Below, in pieces: positions 19,501 through 29,728 of a stretch of 64,000 nucleotides of DNA; positions within the stretch are counted from its first letter, which is position 1; each line of letters starts with the position of its first letter. The DNA is taken from IMG/VR virus record IMGVR_UViG_3300043427_001796; one strand, written 5' to 3'. Both the position numbers and the translations under genes were made by a program. The notes beneath the pieces were generated by a model. It searched no databases. It saw only the letters and a program-made list of their open reading frames with translations, and was not told the DNA's origin. Source of the DNA: a virus.

Positions 19501-19942
19501 AATGGCAAAAAGAATTGGAGCAGCTGAATCTGTATATAAAAAAGGATCATCATCTATTTCTGGAAATAACAGAAGATCTTCTCCATCTTCATCTAATAAT
19601 CAAGATAAAAAAACAGAAGAAACACAAAAAATATCTGCTAAATCTACTGGTGCGTCCGCTGCTCCAAAAGTTGCTGCCGCCCCAATGGCAAAATCGGATG
19701 ATTCAAATTTAATGGCATCTGCAGCACAATTGCCGACTAAATCTCTAGCACCATCTGTGATGCAAGATCCTGATCCAGATAATGAAGGTTATGGAAATAA
19801 TCTTGCTATCGTTGCACCATCAGCAGGTAAGGTAAGTCCCCAAATGCCTAGACAAACTGGCGGTGGAGGTTTTGTTGTAATGGATCAAGATCCAGGTTTA
19901 ACGATAGGTGGTATCATTAATGCTAGGTTGTATAATGCCTAA
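16574..19942 (+). CDS. hub/tape-measure-like protein with phage tail lysozyme domain
   Basis: Gly-rich amphipathic repeats, GEAGNEAVIPL, AAAIVGNLWAES...GAFGLMQW. Confidence 0.75.
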   Translation: MIPEKAIKKFSKPSHREIAVGILVSYGLFPQTNDGIDQAKKLIAGASKWISPSNLPEYYDGIDSDLITGRETPGILAIRETLKNFYFGTPTTTIDETPIEEIPVEVEIIEVEKLPDPVPQPDPTPEPVKIEIEVPVEKQANAPRRIKLPRAKNRFVRKKVKPLSQRMAESFDKNLLDPLIEEIKNPKPLPTSKTKKGGTKKQVSKKIFPGKQFAGKFSSSSGSLGPRVISKIGASFGLAAASRKAFKESGGDPRSLRRGYFLSKALGAEFGGDFRRRTRGTFSRDPDATQDPGMSKEERFAQVVKRDLVNRPQMMKQGEILDVDSYTNKTALQSITDLAKKTADKILGLEPGFVRIEKSQKETSKAFVKITQSLSEVKNTFVKTADNFKEFVDNKEEVIKIKTKIREVLRKEQDENKRSATEAQGELFQDTAGTTDVEETDQGLNEEEEQQQEDGGGGFDLPDFRRPRIRGRLRLARRRFSRFGRGFGRRLGGLGRGLGRIGSGIGRGLGAAGKFVGGRVLGPVLGDMLFPEGAGVSEPQMGPDGKFRTPDGKLVPEPGASKPKSVASRVGNLAESGKGLIGKGKGAIGKVAGKVGSKLGGGLAKSIGKKIPGVGLVIGGLAAADRFKSGDILGGIGEIGSGIASLVPGVGTAISLGIDALLMGKDVAAEASKPETKLSGGGIVAGEAGNEAVIPLTSSIGKKVVGGLENSGGGSILSAIGPLLSATAGIVRNPLYGSILGPVVNPIIQPMLAQYKVPVYSGDFGSFKISKLQAATTQAKGKTKSIEQASKNPLTSGMGWLGTMFSGIGGMVSGAFGGIKNFFGGLFGGGRQKRGKGSNVSGIPLGDGETATGSTIMNGLVKRGFTKEEAAAIVGNLWAESSFRTGAVNPKSGAFGLMQWAYGRKDTLMRRAAESGKSATDLEFQLDHIAWELRGGDRYETSQFKKAMAYGSDVPSKTRGFANEVERASDSELSSSMAKRIGAAESVYKKGSSSISGNNRRSSPSSSNNQDKKTEETQKISAKSTGASAAPKVAAAPMAKSDDSNLMASAAQLPTKSLAPSVMQDPDPDNEGYGNNLAIVAPSAGKVSPQMPRQTGGGGFVVMDQDPGLTIGGIINARLYNA

Positions 19943-19968
19943 TAAATAATCTAGGAGGATATTATTAA

Positions 19969-22350
19969 ATGGCTTCTGGAACTAGTTCTGTTGCACCAGT
20001 TGGACAAAATCCAGGTGGTCCAGGTTTATTTAAGTTAATTGGCGAGAAAGTCAAGAAGGCCAAAGAGCAAGCGGTAGAAGCTCGTCAAGAAGCAGATCAA
20101 CGTATCAAAAATCTTGAAGAAATTCCAGATGATGAAAAAACTCAAGATGATATCATTGAGTTAGATTCACTCAAGCAAAAGAGAAGTGAGAACGCATATT
20201 TTTTCAAGAAAGCACTGAAGTTTCAGGCAACTGACAAAATTAGAACAACAATGGGTAAGTTCCAGAGAGATCCGGAACTACAGAATGATCCAGCAGCAAC
20301 GGAAAAAGAAAGATTTTATGCTAAGTCTGGAATGTTTAGACCTGGCGAGATGCCAGATACATCTGATAGAGAAGGCGGTAAAGACGTAGTGAGTTATGTT
20401 GGAAAGGGATTCCAACTTATCATGGATGCGATTGATAAAATTAAATCAAGAGTTAACAAAACAGCATCCAGTAGCGAGCAAACAGCATCTACTGCTTCAT
20501 CAACAGAATCCAAAACTGATGGTGTAAAAAATTCTACAGAAAATTTAAATAAGACAACCGAAACAATATCAAATGTTTCAAAAGAGGAAGTTAATGTTCA
20601 ACAAATGGAGTTGGACTTTGAACAAAAGGCAGAGCAAGAGAGAAATAGAGCAGAGTCTGAAGCAAGATCAGAAGCACAATCCGATACCGCTGGTGTTACG
20701 GATGTTAAAGAAACAGATCAGGGAATAAAACCAAAGGGCAAAGGATTATTTTCTTCCATACTAAACATAGGAGGTCAATTACTTAGTGGTAGAGGTGGTG
20801 GAAGATTGGGTGGTCTTGGGGGCAGAGGTGGAGCATTAGGAAGATTGGGTAGAATGAGAGCAGGAAGGATGATGAATCCTGCCAGAAGAAATAGACAATA
20901 CACTGCTCCAATTGGTCCACAACCAATGAATTCGCCTACACCATGGGCAGCAGAGGGTGGTGGATTTACTCCAAGAATGCCATCCAGTAATATAAACCTG
21001 TCCGATGGTGGAATTATTGCCCCAATTAAAGCACAAAAACAGAAGAAATTAGCAGATGGTGGAATTACTGGTCTAGTTTCTAAATTCTTACCACCACCAT
21101 TGGGTCCAATGCTCAATATGATGATTAACCCAGGTGGAGCAATGGGTGGCATTGGTAATGCAGTTAAAGGTGCTGCCGGTGGAGCATTCCAAATGCTTAC
21201 CAATCCAACAAAACTCATTGGAGATGGATTGAGAGCAGTGTTACCAATGAATCGTAATGTTGGTAAGCAAGTTATGGGAAATAAAAAGGAAACTGAAAAT
21301 ATTTCTCAATTATTTAAATTACCGAATATAATTGGTGGCGGTATTATGTTTTCAAGTATTGCTCAAATTGCTAATGCGGTCCCATTCTTAGGTGCAATTA
21401 TCAATGCTGCCAAACCAATTATAAAACCATTAGTTGAAGCATTCGGTTTACCTGCATCTGTTCTGGGAATTATTTTTGGTGGAGGATCTGCTAGTGCCGC
21501 TACAATGCCGGAACCAGTAGATTTCGGTGCTCAAGATGATGGTGGAGATGGTGGTGGAGGTGATGGTGGCGGTGGAGGAGGAGGATTAGGAGCGGTTGGT
21601 CCATCAATGACATCTAGTGGTGGATCAACTGCTTCGCAATATGTAACATCCGGATTTGGACCAAGAAATACTGGAATCGCTGGTGCGTCCACAAATCATG
21701 GTGGTATTGACATTGCTGGTGGACCATGGCAAGCAGGAACAGCAATTTCTGTTATTAAACCGGGAGTTGTGGAGGAAACTGGTGATCTTGGTAGAAGTGG
21801 ATGGGGAAGATATGTAGTTGTTAAACATGATGATGGAACTTTTAGTTTATATGGTCACTTAAGTCAGATCAATGTGAAAAAAGGAGATAAGATAGAAAAT
21901 AAATCTGGAGAAGCTAAAGTGATAGGAAAAGTTGGAAGTACTGGAGTTTCAAATGGTCCGCATTTGCATTTTGAATTAGGAAAAGGTTGGAATGGAACTA
22001 TCACAGGAAAAGTTGATCCTAGAGGATATGTTGATTCTTATATTAGAGGTGGAGGAGATGTGAAGGTTAAGCAGACTGATGCACCACAAGTAGCAGCAAA
22101 ACCGACTGCTAGTCCAACTGGTGTTGCTGCTGCCTCATCCAATGCTGCTCCAACTCCTGCATCCAAACCTAGATCAGGATCTGGTAGTGGAGGAAAACCT
22201 TCTTCTAATGTTGCTGTTCTTCCCAATAATACATTAGCAGGTAAAGCAGTAAATCAAGTAGTTAATTCGGCAATTGATTCCGTGACACAATTTCCTGTAT
22301 CTCCTGGAGCAGCATTTACCAATCTTTGGCCATCTCCTCTTAAAAATTAA
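19969..22350 (+). CDS. hub/tape-measure-like protein with M23 peptidase domain
   Basis: HGGIDI, YGHL, GSTGVSNGPHLHFE. Confidence 0.8.
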   Translation: MASGTSSVAPVGQNPGGPGLFKLIGEKVKKAKEQAVEARQEADQRIKNLEEIPDDEKTQDDIIELDSLKQKRSENAYFFKKALKFQATDKIRTTMGKFQRDPELQNDPAATEKERFYAKSGMFRPGEMPDTSDREGGKDVVSYVGKGFQLIMDAIDKIKSRVNKTASSSEQTASTASSTESKTDGVKNSTENLNKTTETISNVSKEEVNVQQMELDFEQKAEQERNRAESEARSEAQSDTAGVTDVKETDQGIKPKGKGLFSSILNIGGQLLSGRGGGRLGGLGGRGGALGRLGRMRAGRMMNPARRNRQYTAPIGPQPMNSPTPWAAEGGGFTPRMPSSNINLSDGGIIAPIKAQKQKKLADGGITGLVSKFLPPPLGPMLNMMINPGGAMGGIGNAVKGAAGGAFQMLTNPTKLIGDGLRAVLPMNRNVGKQVMGNKKETENISQLFKLPNIIGGGIMFSSIAQIANAVPFLGAIINAAKPIIKPLVEAFGLPASVLGIIFGGGSASAATMPEPVDFGAQDDGGDGGGGDGGGGGGGLGAVGPSMTSSGGSTASQYVTSGFGPRNTGIAGASTNHGGIDIAGGPWQAGTAISVIKPGVVEETGDLGRSGWGRYVVVKHDDGTFSLYGHLSQINVKKGDKIENKSGEAKVIGKVGSTGVSNGPHLHFELGKGWNGTITGKVDPRGYVDSYIRGGGDVKVKQTDAPQVAAKPTASPTGVAAASSNAAPTPASKPRSGSGSGGKPSSNVAVLPNNTLAGKAVNQVVNSAIDSVTQFPVSPGAAFTNLWPSPLKN

Positions 22351-22364
22351 TATAGTAAATTAAC

Positions 22365-23801
22365 ATGGCAGATAAGAGTAGCGTAAAATCTTTTACCCCA
22401 AATTCTATTAATATCATATCTCTTTCAGGAAAAGTTTATGATATTACATCTTTATGCACCACATTTTCTTATTATGAAGATGTTGATAAACCATTTGTAA
22501 TGGCGAAATTGCAGGTAATTGATAGTGGTTTAAATTTAATTAAGACATTACCTATTCAGGGTGGAGAAGATGTTGAAATTGATTTTGATGCTCCAGGAAG
22601 CACTGGAAAAAATACTGCCAAATTGGATAAAATTTTATACAAATTTAAAGTTTGGAAAGTTTACAATAGGCAATTTGATGCAAAAGTTCAGATATATCAT
22701 CTTGCATTAATTTCAGAGGAAGCATTCTTAAATGAAATCGTGAGGGTGACAAAAAGATTAGAAGGTTCCCCGGATGAAATAGTAGAAAAATTACTAAGCA
22801 AATATCTTAAAACAGAAAAAACACTTTCTAAAGAAAGAGCAGGTAACAAATTAATTTTCTATCCATCGCGTAGAAATATAACATCTATTATTTCATCTAT
22901 TCAATTAAGATCTCGTTCCGAAAAAGCAACTCCAATTAATGTAAAACCAAAGACAAGCACAACAACAGAAACAAAATTTACTTCTGATAATGGCAATAGT
23001 GATGCTTTTATAGCAGGAACTGCAGGATACTTGTTTTTTGAAAATAAGAATGGATTTGTTTTTAAATCTATTGATACATTATGTGCTGTTGGGACCAAAG
23101 GTAATTTTACTGGTAGTGATGTCATTGCTTCGTATTATTCTAGACCTGTAAGTAAAGAAGATGGAGACATTGGTAACTTCTTTGTCATACAAAAATATAG
23201 ATTCATCGATGAAATTGATATTGTAGAGAAATTTAGACGTGGAGTATATTCCACAAAAATGGTATTCTATAATGTCTCTACTGGAGATTATGAAGAGTTT
23301 AATTATAGTTTAAAGGAAACTTTTGATAGTATGGTTAAACTTGGATATCAAGATAGTTTACCAGAATACCAAATAAGACATGGCGATTACCCATCTAGGG
23401 TAATGTCTATGATTGTTGATCATGAGACATGGCATAATAAAGAAAGCGTTGCAGATCCAGTTCAGGGTGGAGATGCAGATTATCCAGATGAGTCTAGATA
23501 TCTGATTGCTCAAGGACTTTCGCGTAGAGATGCACTAGAGTTTCAAAAATTAGAAATTACTATTCCTGGTAATAGTAATCTAGTTGTTGGTGAGAAAATT
23601 AAAGTCTATCTACCAAACATGGCAGAGGCATCGATCAGAAAAACAGACCCATGGGATAAGGAATCAAGTGGAAATTATTTGATAGCAAAATTATCACATA
23701 ATTATGTTATGGCAAACGAGCCCGGTCCTGCCATGACGACAGTTTTAGAACTGATACGTGATACATATGGTATGGAAGAAGAACCAAGTGGTGTAAAGTA
23801 A
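22365..23801 (+). CDS. baseplate hub protein (gp27-like)
   Basis: LPIQGGE, YLFFENKNGFVFKSID, SGNYLI; position before gp5. Confidence 0.65.
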   Translation: MADKSSVKSFTPNSINIISLSGKVYDITSLCTTFSYYEDVDKPFVMAKLQVIDSGLNLIKTLPIQGGEDVEIDFDAPGSTGKNTAKLDKILYKFKVWKVYNRQFDAKVQIYHLALISEEAFLNEIVRVTKRLEGSPDEIVEKLLSKYLKTEKTLSKERAGNKLIFYPSRRNITSIISSIQLRSRSEKATPINVKPKTSTTTETKFTSDNGNSDAFIAGTAGYLFFENKNGFVFKSIDTLCAVGTKGNFTGSDVIASYYSRPVSKEDGDIGNFFVIQKYRFIDEIDIVEKFRRGVYSTKMVFYNVSTGDYEEFNYSLKETFDSMVKLGYQDSLPEYQIRHGDYPSRVMSMIVDHETWHNKESVADPVQGGDADYPDESRYLIAQGLSRRDALEFQKLEITIPGNSNLVVGEKIKVYLPNMAEASIRKTDPWDKESSGNYLIAKLSHNYVMANEPGPAMTTVLELIRDTYGMEEEPSGVK

Positions 23802-23802
23802 T

Positions 23803-26800
23803 ATGGATCCTGTATTATCAAGTCTATTTCCAACATATAAAATTGGAAACGATGGATTTTCTTGGTGGATTGGTCAGGTTGAAAATAATAAAGACCCAAA
23901 AAATAGCGGAAGAATTCAAGTAAGAATAGTTGGTCAGCATAATCGTGAGGGCGATATAACTCCAACTGCAGACTTACCATGGGCAAATGTGACAATGCCT
24001 CTTAATGTTCCATTTACTACAGGTGGAACAACTGGCGCAACCAACAATATACAAATTGGTGGATGGGTAATTGGATTCTTTATGGACAATGAATGCCAGC
24101 GTCCATTAGTTATTGGATCAATTGCTCACACTAAGGCATCAACATACAAAGATTTACAAGAGTATACACCAGATTTAAAGAGTTTGGGATTCAAACCAAC
24201 TAAAGCAGTTGATTTAAAATCGGAAAAGCATAGATCAGCAGATGAGCAAAGTGGTAAAGATAAAAAAGGAGCTATAACTGATGGTGGTATTCCTGCTGTA
24301 GGAACATCCAATTTAAATAAAAAAGTTCCTCCTGCAGTTGGAGCACTCAAAGGAAAAGAAAGTGACTTAAATCCTACTGGTGGACAAATGTGTGTTGCAA
24401 TTGCAGATCCAAATTGCGATGCAAAAGATTTAGGTGATGATATCAAAAAAATAGTTGGAGAACTTCTTGCAAATACACAAGCATCTGGTGGAAATATTGG
24501 AAGTTACTATGTTAGTAAAATTAATGGTGAATTGTATAGTGCTGTAGACATACCAAGGAGTTATGTAACTAAAATTAATAGGGTAGTTTCTTCGTTTGGA
24601 TCTAGAGTAAAGAAGGAGATTATATATGGAATTCGTGAAGCAATTGATGAGTTAATTCAACTTATCATGGGAGTTCAGAGTGCCAAGGATTTGGCAGATC
24701 AGGGCGCAGATAAGACAAAAAATCCAAAAGAATCTTATATTCCAGTAACAGAAAGAGGTAACTTTTTAAAAGATGTTATTAATACAATTAATACAGTTTT
24801 AAATGAAGTTGGTTGTTCATTCAAGAAAACTTTAGATGATTTAATTAATTTCATCATTGACTTATTGATGGAATATTTGATCGATGCAATTTCAGCAGCA
24901 TTCTGTTTGATTGATAACATTGTTGATAGTATTGTATCGTATATTGATTCTGCTTTTTCAACATTAGTTGAAACAGTTTTAGGACCACTGCAAGATTTAT
25001 TGGGAACCGCTGGAAGTTATCTAGATATCATAGGTGGAGTTGTAAGTAGAGTTTTAAATATACTTGGAATTAGTTGCACTGGCGTTGAAGATAAGTGTAA
25101 TAAAGACAAAACTAGATGCACGGATGGTGGAAGTGATGACAAGAAAGAAGATGAAAAGGATTTTCTTGATAAATTGATTGATGAAATTGAAAAAGGAAGT
25201 TTAACTGGTGGAGATCTTTCAGTTGGAGATAAGTATTCTAGAGGTGTTTGTGAAGATGCAAAGGCAAATGCTCCAGAAGAAGAAACTGAAGTATTTTTTG
25301 TTGGTGGAGTTGAGACAACGCCAGCAAATAGTTCCTATGTTGCAGAGACAACTACGATTCCTGATATTCCAATAGAAACAATAGATTTTCCAACGGATCT
25401 ACCAAATCCACTCACTGATTATAGAAAAGATACAGATCCATTTATTGAGTATAAAATTGTTGCTAGAGAAGACGTAATTGAATCTGGGGGAATCGTAACA
25501 TTTGATATTACTGGTCCAGAAAGAAATGGTGTTTTGGAAGTTGAAGTTATAAGTGCCACAACAGGTATAGCGCAAGAAGAACCATATGAAGAATGTGTGG
25601 TGAATACAGATGATGGACTAGGTGTTGGATTTACCGTACTTCCAGCTAGAGGTGTAATTGATGGCGAAGAAGTGGTCGTTATTGAAATACTTGCACCAGG
25701 AAAGGGATATCTAGTTGGAATGGTATTTACAATCAGTGGTAGTAAAGTTGGTGGTCAAGACGGTGTTGATGATGTAACCTTTGTAATTACTAAGGTAGGT
25801 GAATTAATTAATTATAAAATTTTTGGAGATGTTTACGAAAAGGGATTAGTAAATCCATCAACTTATCCAGAATATGGCGAACTTCTTTACTCAGAACCGA
25901 CTACATTTCCAATAGCGACAAATAAACTCACTGATTGGGATGTTCCTGGTTATGTTGGACTTGAATTTACATCAAAAAGAGCAGCAGATTCAGCAACAAT
26001 ATGGGACGAAGATCCTAAGACTACATTCCCAGAAGAAATTCCTGATGTTAAATTTGTTAGTTTGACTACAGACAAAGAATCATATATTGAGGGAGAAACT
26101 ATAAATTATGCAGTCAATACAATTGGTTATAATAATGGAACAATATTTAATTACAAAATTTTTGGAGGGGTAAGCGAATCAGACTATAAACTTTCGGATG
26201 AAGATAAAAAAGTATTGATAAATGATTCATTGGGAGAATTTTACATCTATGTAATTGAAGATGACGATGACACTGAACTTACAGAAACATTAACTGTTCT
26301 ACTATTTGAAGATGGAACTGACAAACCAGTTGCATCTAAAACTATTTTTATTGTTGCGGAAGAGAAAGATGAAGAAGAGACTCCATTTACATTATCTCCA
26401 GACACTACACAAGAACAACTTGAAGAGTATTTGAATAATATTGTTATAACTAAGGAAAAAGATTTTGCGGATCAAAAGACAAAAACACCACCAGAATTAG
26501 GAGTTAAGAATCCATTAACTCCTAATGTTCCTAGCAATATACCAAAAGATCCCCCCACTGCGGGAACTCCAGTTACTGATGATGTTGGATCTATTATTAG
26601 CATTTCGATTGATAATCCAGGGGGCAAAACATATCAAATTCCTCCAAAAGTGATTATCCGTGGAAAGGGATCAGGTGCTGCTGGCATTGCTCTACTTGAT
26701 AGAAATGGATTTGTTTCTGAAATTAGAGTGACTAGAATTGGTTCTGGTTATAAAAGAAACGTTTCTGGACAAAATACTGATTCAATCTGTGTCATAGATT

Positions 26801-27087
26801 CATTTACTCTCATTAGACCAGGATTTGGATATACAGAACAACCAACATTATACATCGATGGTGATCCTAACATAGGTGAAATTATTATTGATGATAATGG
26901 ATTTATCACTGGAGCAAGAGTGTTAAATAGAAGTAAGTCTTTTACTACTATTCCTGATATTTTGATTGCTGGTGGTGGAGGAGTTGGAGGATTTGTTCTT
27001 CCCAGTTTAGTATGCTTACCACAGGAAGAATTAGAGCGTAAGGGATATGTGAAGATTGGAACTGGTTCTTATATTGATTGCCCATAA
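23803..27087 (+). CDS. gp5: baseplate hub/central spike gp5 (OB-fold N-terminus, extended C-terminus)
   Basis: WWIGQVE..DP..GRIQVRI.G.H...LPWA...WVIGFFMD. Confidence 0.85.
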   Translation: MDPVLSSLFPTYKIGNDGFSWWIGQVENNKDPKNSGRIQVRIVGQHNREGDITPTADLPWANVTMPLNVPFTTGGTTGATNNIQIGGWVIGFFMDNECQRPLVIGSIAHTKASTYKDLQEYTPDLKSLGFKPTKAVDLKSEKHRSADEQSGKDKKGAITDGGIPAVGTSNLNKKVPPAVGALKGKESDLNPTGGQMCVAIADPNCDAKDLGDDIKKIVGELLANTQASGGNIGSYYVSKINGELYSAVDIPRSYVTKINRVVSSFGSRVKKEIIYGIREAIDELIQLIMGVQSAKDLADQGADKTKNPKESYIPVTERGNFLKDVINTINTVLNEVGCSFKKTLDDLINFIIDLLMEYLIDAISAAFCLIDNIVDSIVSYIDSAFSTLVETVLGPLQDLLGTAGSYLDIIGGVVSRVLNILGISCTGVEDKCNKDKTRCTDGGSDDKKEDEKDFLDKLIDEIEKGSLTGGDLSVGDKYSRGVCEDAKANAPEEETEVFFVGGVETTPANSSYVAETTTIPDIPIETIDFPTDLPNPLTDYRKDTDPFIEYKIVAREDVIESGGIVTFDITGPERNGVLEVEVISATTGIAQEEPYEECVVNTDDGLGVGFTVLPARGVIDGEEVVVIEILAPGKGYLVGMVFTISGSKVGGQDGVDDVTFVITKVGELINYKIFGDVYEKGLVNPSTYPEYGELLYSEPTTFPIATNKLTDWDVPGYVGLEFTSKRAADSATIWDEDPKTTFPEEIPDVKFVSLTTDKESYIEGETINYAVNTIGYNNGTIFNYKIFGGVSESDYKLSDEDKKVLINDSLGEFYIYVIEDDDDTELTETLTVLLFEDGTDKPVASKTIFIVAEEKDEEETPFTLSPDTTQEQLEEYLNNIVITKEKDFADQKTKTPPELGVKNPLTPNVPSNIPKDPPTAGTPVTDDVGSIISISIDNPGGKTYQIPPKVIIRGKGSGAAGIALLDRNGFVSEIRVTRIGSGYKRNVSGQNTDSICVIDSFTLIRPGFGYTEQPTLYIDGDPNIGEIIIDDNGFITGARVLNRSKSFTTIPDILIAGGGGVGGFVLPSLVCLPQEELERKGYVKIGTGSYIDCP

Positions 27088-28172
27088 TGTCACAAAGTTA
27101 TAATCAACCTACTAATATTCCAAGTGCCATAGGAGCTAATGCTTCGGCAGTTCCAACTGATGGAAGAACATCGGTTGAGGATGATTCCATTCTCTTTTGC
27201 ACTAAGGACATTCAAATTATAGGTGTGCATCTTGGATATGCCATAGGAACATTCTCAAACAAAGATGGTTCTGGTGGTTTATTCATAAGTGATGGTCAAA
27301 GCACATTCAACATCGATGAAAATAAAACAATACACTTACAGACTGGTAAAAGTGCAATAGATGGTGCCACTGGAGGAGGACTTCAATTAAGAAGTGATTG
27401 GTTGCACTCAAAGATTAAAGAGATGACCTTAGAGGTCACTGGAGTAGACGATGAATCTACGCAAGATGCATCCGGATCCGAAGAAAGAAATCCGGCATTT
27501 TCTTTAAAAATATATGGAGATGCAGCAATTAATTGTGTGGGTGGAGATTTAAAAATTGGTGGAAATAATATACTAATTAAGGCAGAAGATCAACTTAAAT
27601 TAGTTGCCGGATCGCAAATACTAGCAGTCTCATCTGATGGAACTGGAAAAATAGATTTATTGGGTGGAGAAGTAAAGACAACTGCAAAATTTGCAAAGTT
27701 CGATCTTACTGGATCCTTTTATGTTGATGGACCATCTGAAATAACCTTTAACCAAAAATTAAGTGTTGATCCAGTTACGAGCAAAGTAACTCTGGCTCCA
27801 ACGTCTTCTAGTAATGCTACTAACAGCATCGGTAATATTACTAACGTTGTTACTGGACAAGTTGCTACTACAACTATAGGTAATACTCAAATTGATGCTA
27901 ATAAATTTTTAACTAGAGATAATCAAGGATCTTCAACCATTTCACTTGGACCTAATTACCTCTATAGTCTAGCACAGATTGAGGTAGAAGCTGTAGGAAC
28001 TCCAAGAGAGAATTCAAGAGGATTGAATGCATATCAATTGACAGTTGGTGGATCTATAGGAACATCCTATGATTTAGCTGCAGGAGCAATCAATCAAAAT
28101 GCTGTAGGAAGTATAACATCCACTTCAGTATCATATACATCTCTAATTGGTCTCACAATTCAACTGAACTAA
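27087..28172 (+). CDS. gp5 C-terminal-like spike protein
   Basis: Beta-strand repeats ending IQLN, coupled to gp5. Confidence 0.55.
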   Translation: MSQSYNQPTNIPSAIGANASAVPTDGRTSVEDDSILFCTKDIQIIGVHLGYAIGTFSNKDGSGGLFISDGQSTFNIDENKTIHLQTGKSAIDGATGGGLQLRSDWLHSKIKEMTLEVTGVDDESTQDASGSEERNPAFSLKIYGDAAINCVGGDLKIGGNNILIKAEDQLKLVAGSQILAVSSDGTGKIDLLGGEVKTTAKFAKFDLTGSFYVDGPSEITFNQKLSVDPVTSKVTLAPTSSSNATNSIGNITNVVTGQVATTTIGNTQIDANKFLTRDNQGSSTISLGPNYLYSLAQIEVEAVGTPRENSRGLNAYQLTVGGSIGTSYDLAAGAINQNAVGSITSTSVSYTSLIGLTIQLN

Positions 28173-28232
28173 GGGGCTTGACAAACCTCAGAAAGTGACC
28201 TAGGATAAGCTTGTCCGGTAAAGATGAGACAT

Positions 28233-28382
28233 ATGAAGCTTAAAGTAACCAAGAGAAACTTCACTGATTCTAATGGAAATAGTTGGGAATGGGAAGAGAC
28301 TGCTGAGACTCTTCAAGCACTCAACGTCCTCCATGGGGTCAGTCCGAAAACTGCCACACCCCCCTTGACAAGACCCACCTAA
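28233..28382 (+). CDS. small hypothetical protein (not in ORF track)
   Basis: MKLKVTKRNFTDSNGNSWEWEET, after a TTGACA..TAGGAT promoter. Confidence 0.45.
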   Translation: MKLKVTKRNFTDSNGNSWEWEETAETLQALNVLHGVSPKTATPPLTRPT

Positions 28383-28427
28383 CCTGTTATTATACATACA
28401 TACAAACGACGAGGTTAAACGGGAGCG

Positions 28428-28550
28428 ATGAAAGTTCCAAACTGGCAACACCACTCCAAGAAAGAACAGAAACGCTCCCTTAAACCTCAGATGTTGAGGG
28501 CAGCAAAACAGAGGCGTCAAGCACTTAAGAAAAAATTGCTATTTCAATGA
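28428..28550 (+). CDS. small basic hypothetical protein (not in ORF track)
   Basis: MKVPNWQHHSKKEQKRSLKPQ, after a dyad-motif promoter; GGAG RBS. Confidence 0.65.
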   Translation: MKVPNWQHHSKKEQKRSLKPQMLRAAKQRRQALKKKLLFQ

Positions 28551-29071
28551 ATCATAAATTATTGCCCAATAATGCCAATAATTTAATAATTTGGGAAGAA
28601 TTATTTGAATACATTCAAATGTATTGCGATAATCACAATTTACACAAATACTCCCAAATTGCAGGAAATGGTATTGATCCTATCGATTTTAATAATCTAA
28701 CATATAGATTAAGAATTTTGGGTGAGCATGAAAATATTCCTTTTATGCAAGAAAAATTCAATGCATTTTTTTCTATTTTTGATTTGCAAAATTTTGTAGC
28801 AGAGAAAGAAAAGCAAAATTTGTTTCCTCACTTTGCTATATATTTTTCATTTTTTCCACATGCAAAATCTCACGGAAATCATTGTGATGAAACCGATTTA
28901 TTTCATTGGCAACAAGTTGGTAAAACGGAGTGGACAATCACGGAATCTGGTGAAACATACAAATATGTTTTAAACCCCGGAGATTGTATTTTTCTACCAG
29001 AAGGAACATATCATGATGTTGTTCCTTTAACTCCAAGAATTGGATTATCATTTGGATTTTGGACAAAGTAA
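28547..29071 (+). CDS. JmjC/cupin-like oxygenase
   Basis: HCD..D...Q..GKTEW, LNPGDCIFLPEGTYH. Confidence 0.8.
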   Translation: MNHKLLPNNANNLIIWEELFEYIQMYCDNHNLHKYSQIAGNGIDPIDFNNLTYRLRILGEHENIPFMQEKFNAFFSIFDLQNFVAEKEKQNLFPHFAIYFSFFPHAKSHGNHCDETDLFHWQQVGKTEWTITESGETYKYVLNPGDCIFLPEGTYHDVVPLTPRIGLSFGFWTK

Positions 29072-29649
29072 TGAAACCTATTATACATAGCAACTTTATA
29101 TACGAGTATAAAAATTTTGTGCCTGTAGAAGTTTGTGAAGAAATTATCAATTATAGTAAATATTTTGGTAATTTTTTAACTGACGACAGTAGAAATAAGA
29201 TTAGAAATAACCAAGCATTTAATCTAACGACGATGGCACCCCAAAATCCATATGTCAAATATATTGATGATATTGCTCACAAATATTTTACTGAGGTTCA
29301 TCAAAGATTTAACGTTGATAATCATTTAATTAAAATTAATTATCCACATGGTAAAAGCAGCTCATTTCAATCTGAATACATATATAGAAAATATGATGTA
29401 AATGATTACTACAATTGGCACGCAGATTTAGATCCAAAGAAAAATTTTGTTCTTTCTTATGTTCTTTATTTAAATGAAGATTACACAGGTGGAAATTTAC
29501 TTTTTCATAATGATAGAGTAAAAATATCTCCTAGTGTTGGCACTTTTATATGCTTTCCTACAGGATATAGTATGCTTCACAAAGCAACTAAAGTTCATTC
29601 TGGTAATAAACATATTATATGGAGTTGTTTTGAGTTGGTTGAATTTTAA
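29071..29649 (+). CDS. 2OG-Fe(II) oxygenase
   Basis: WHAD, LYLNEDYTGG, H....V.SG.K. Confidence 0.88.
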   Translation: MKPIIHSNFIYEYKNFVPVEVCEEIINYSKYFGNFLTDDSRNKIRNNQAFNLTTMAPQNPYVKYIDDIAHKYFTEVHQRFNVDNHLIKINYPHGKSSSFQSEYIYRKYDVNDYYNWHADLDPKKNFVLSYVLYLNEDYTGGNLLFHNDRVKISPSVGTFICFPTGYSMLHKATKVHSGNKHIIWSCFELVEF

Positions 29650-29655
29650 TTTTTC

Positions 29656-29728
29656 GCTGGTTTAGCTATCTGGTGAAAGCACCCGACTCATAATCGGATA
29701 TAGGTGGGTTCAATCCCCTCAACCAGCA
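29656..29728 (+). tRNA. tRNA-Met (CAT); Ile2 not excluded
   Basis: Cloverleaf, anticodon loop CT-CAT-AA. Confidence 0.85.
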
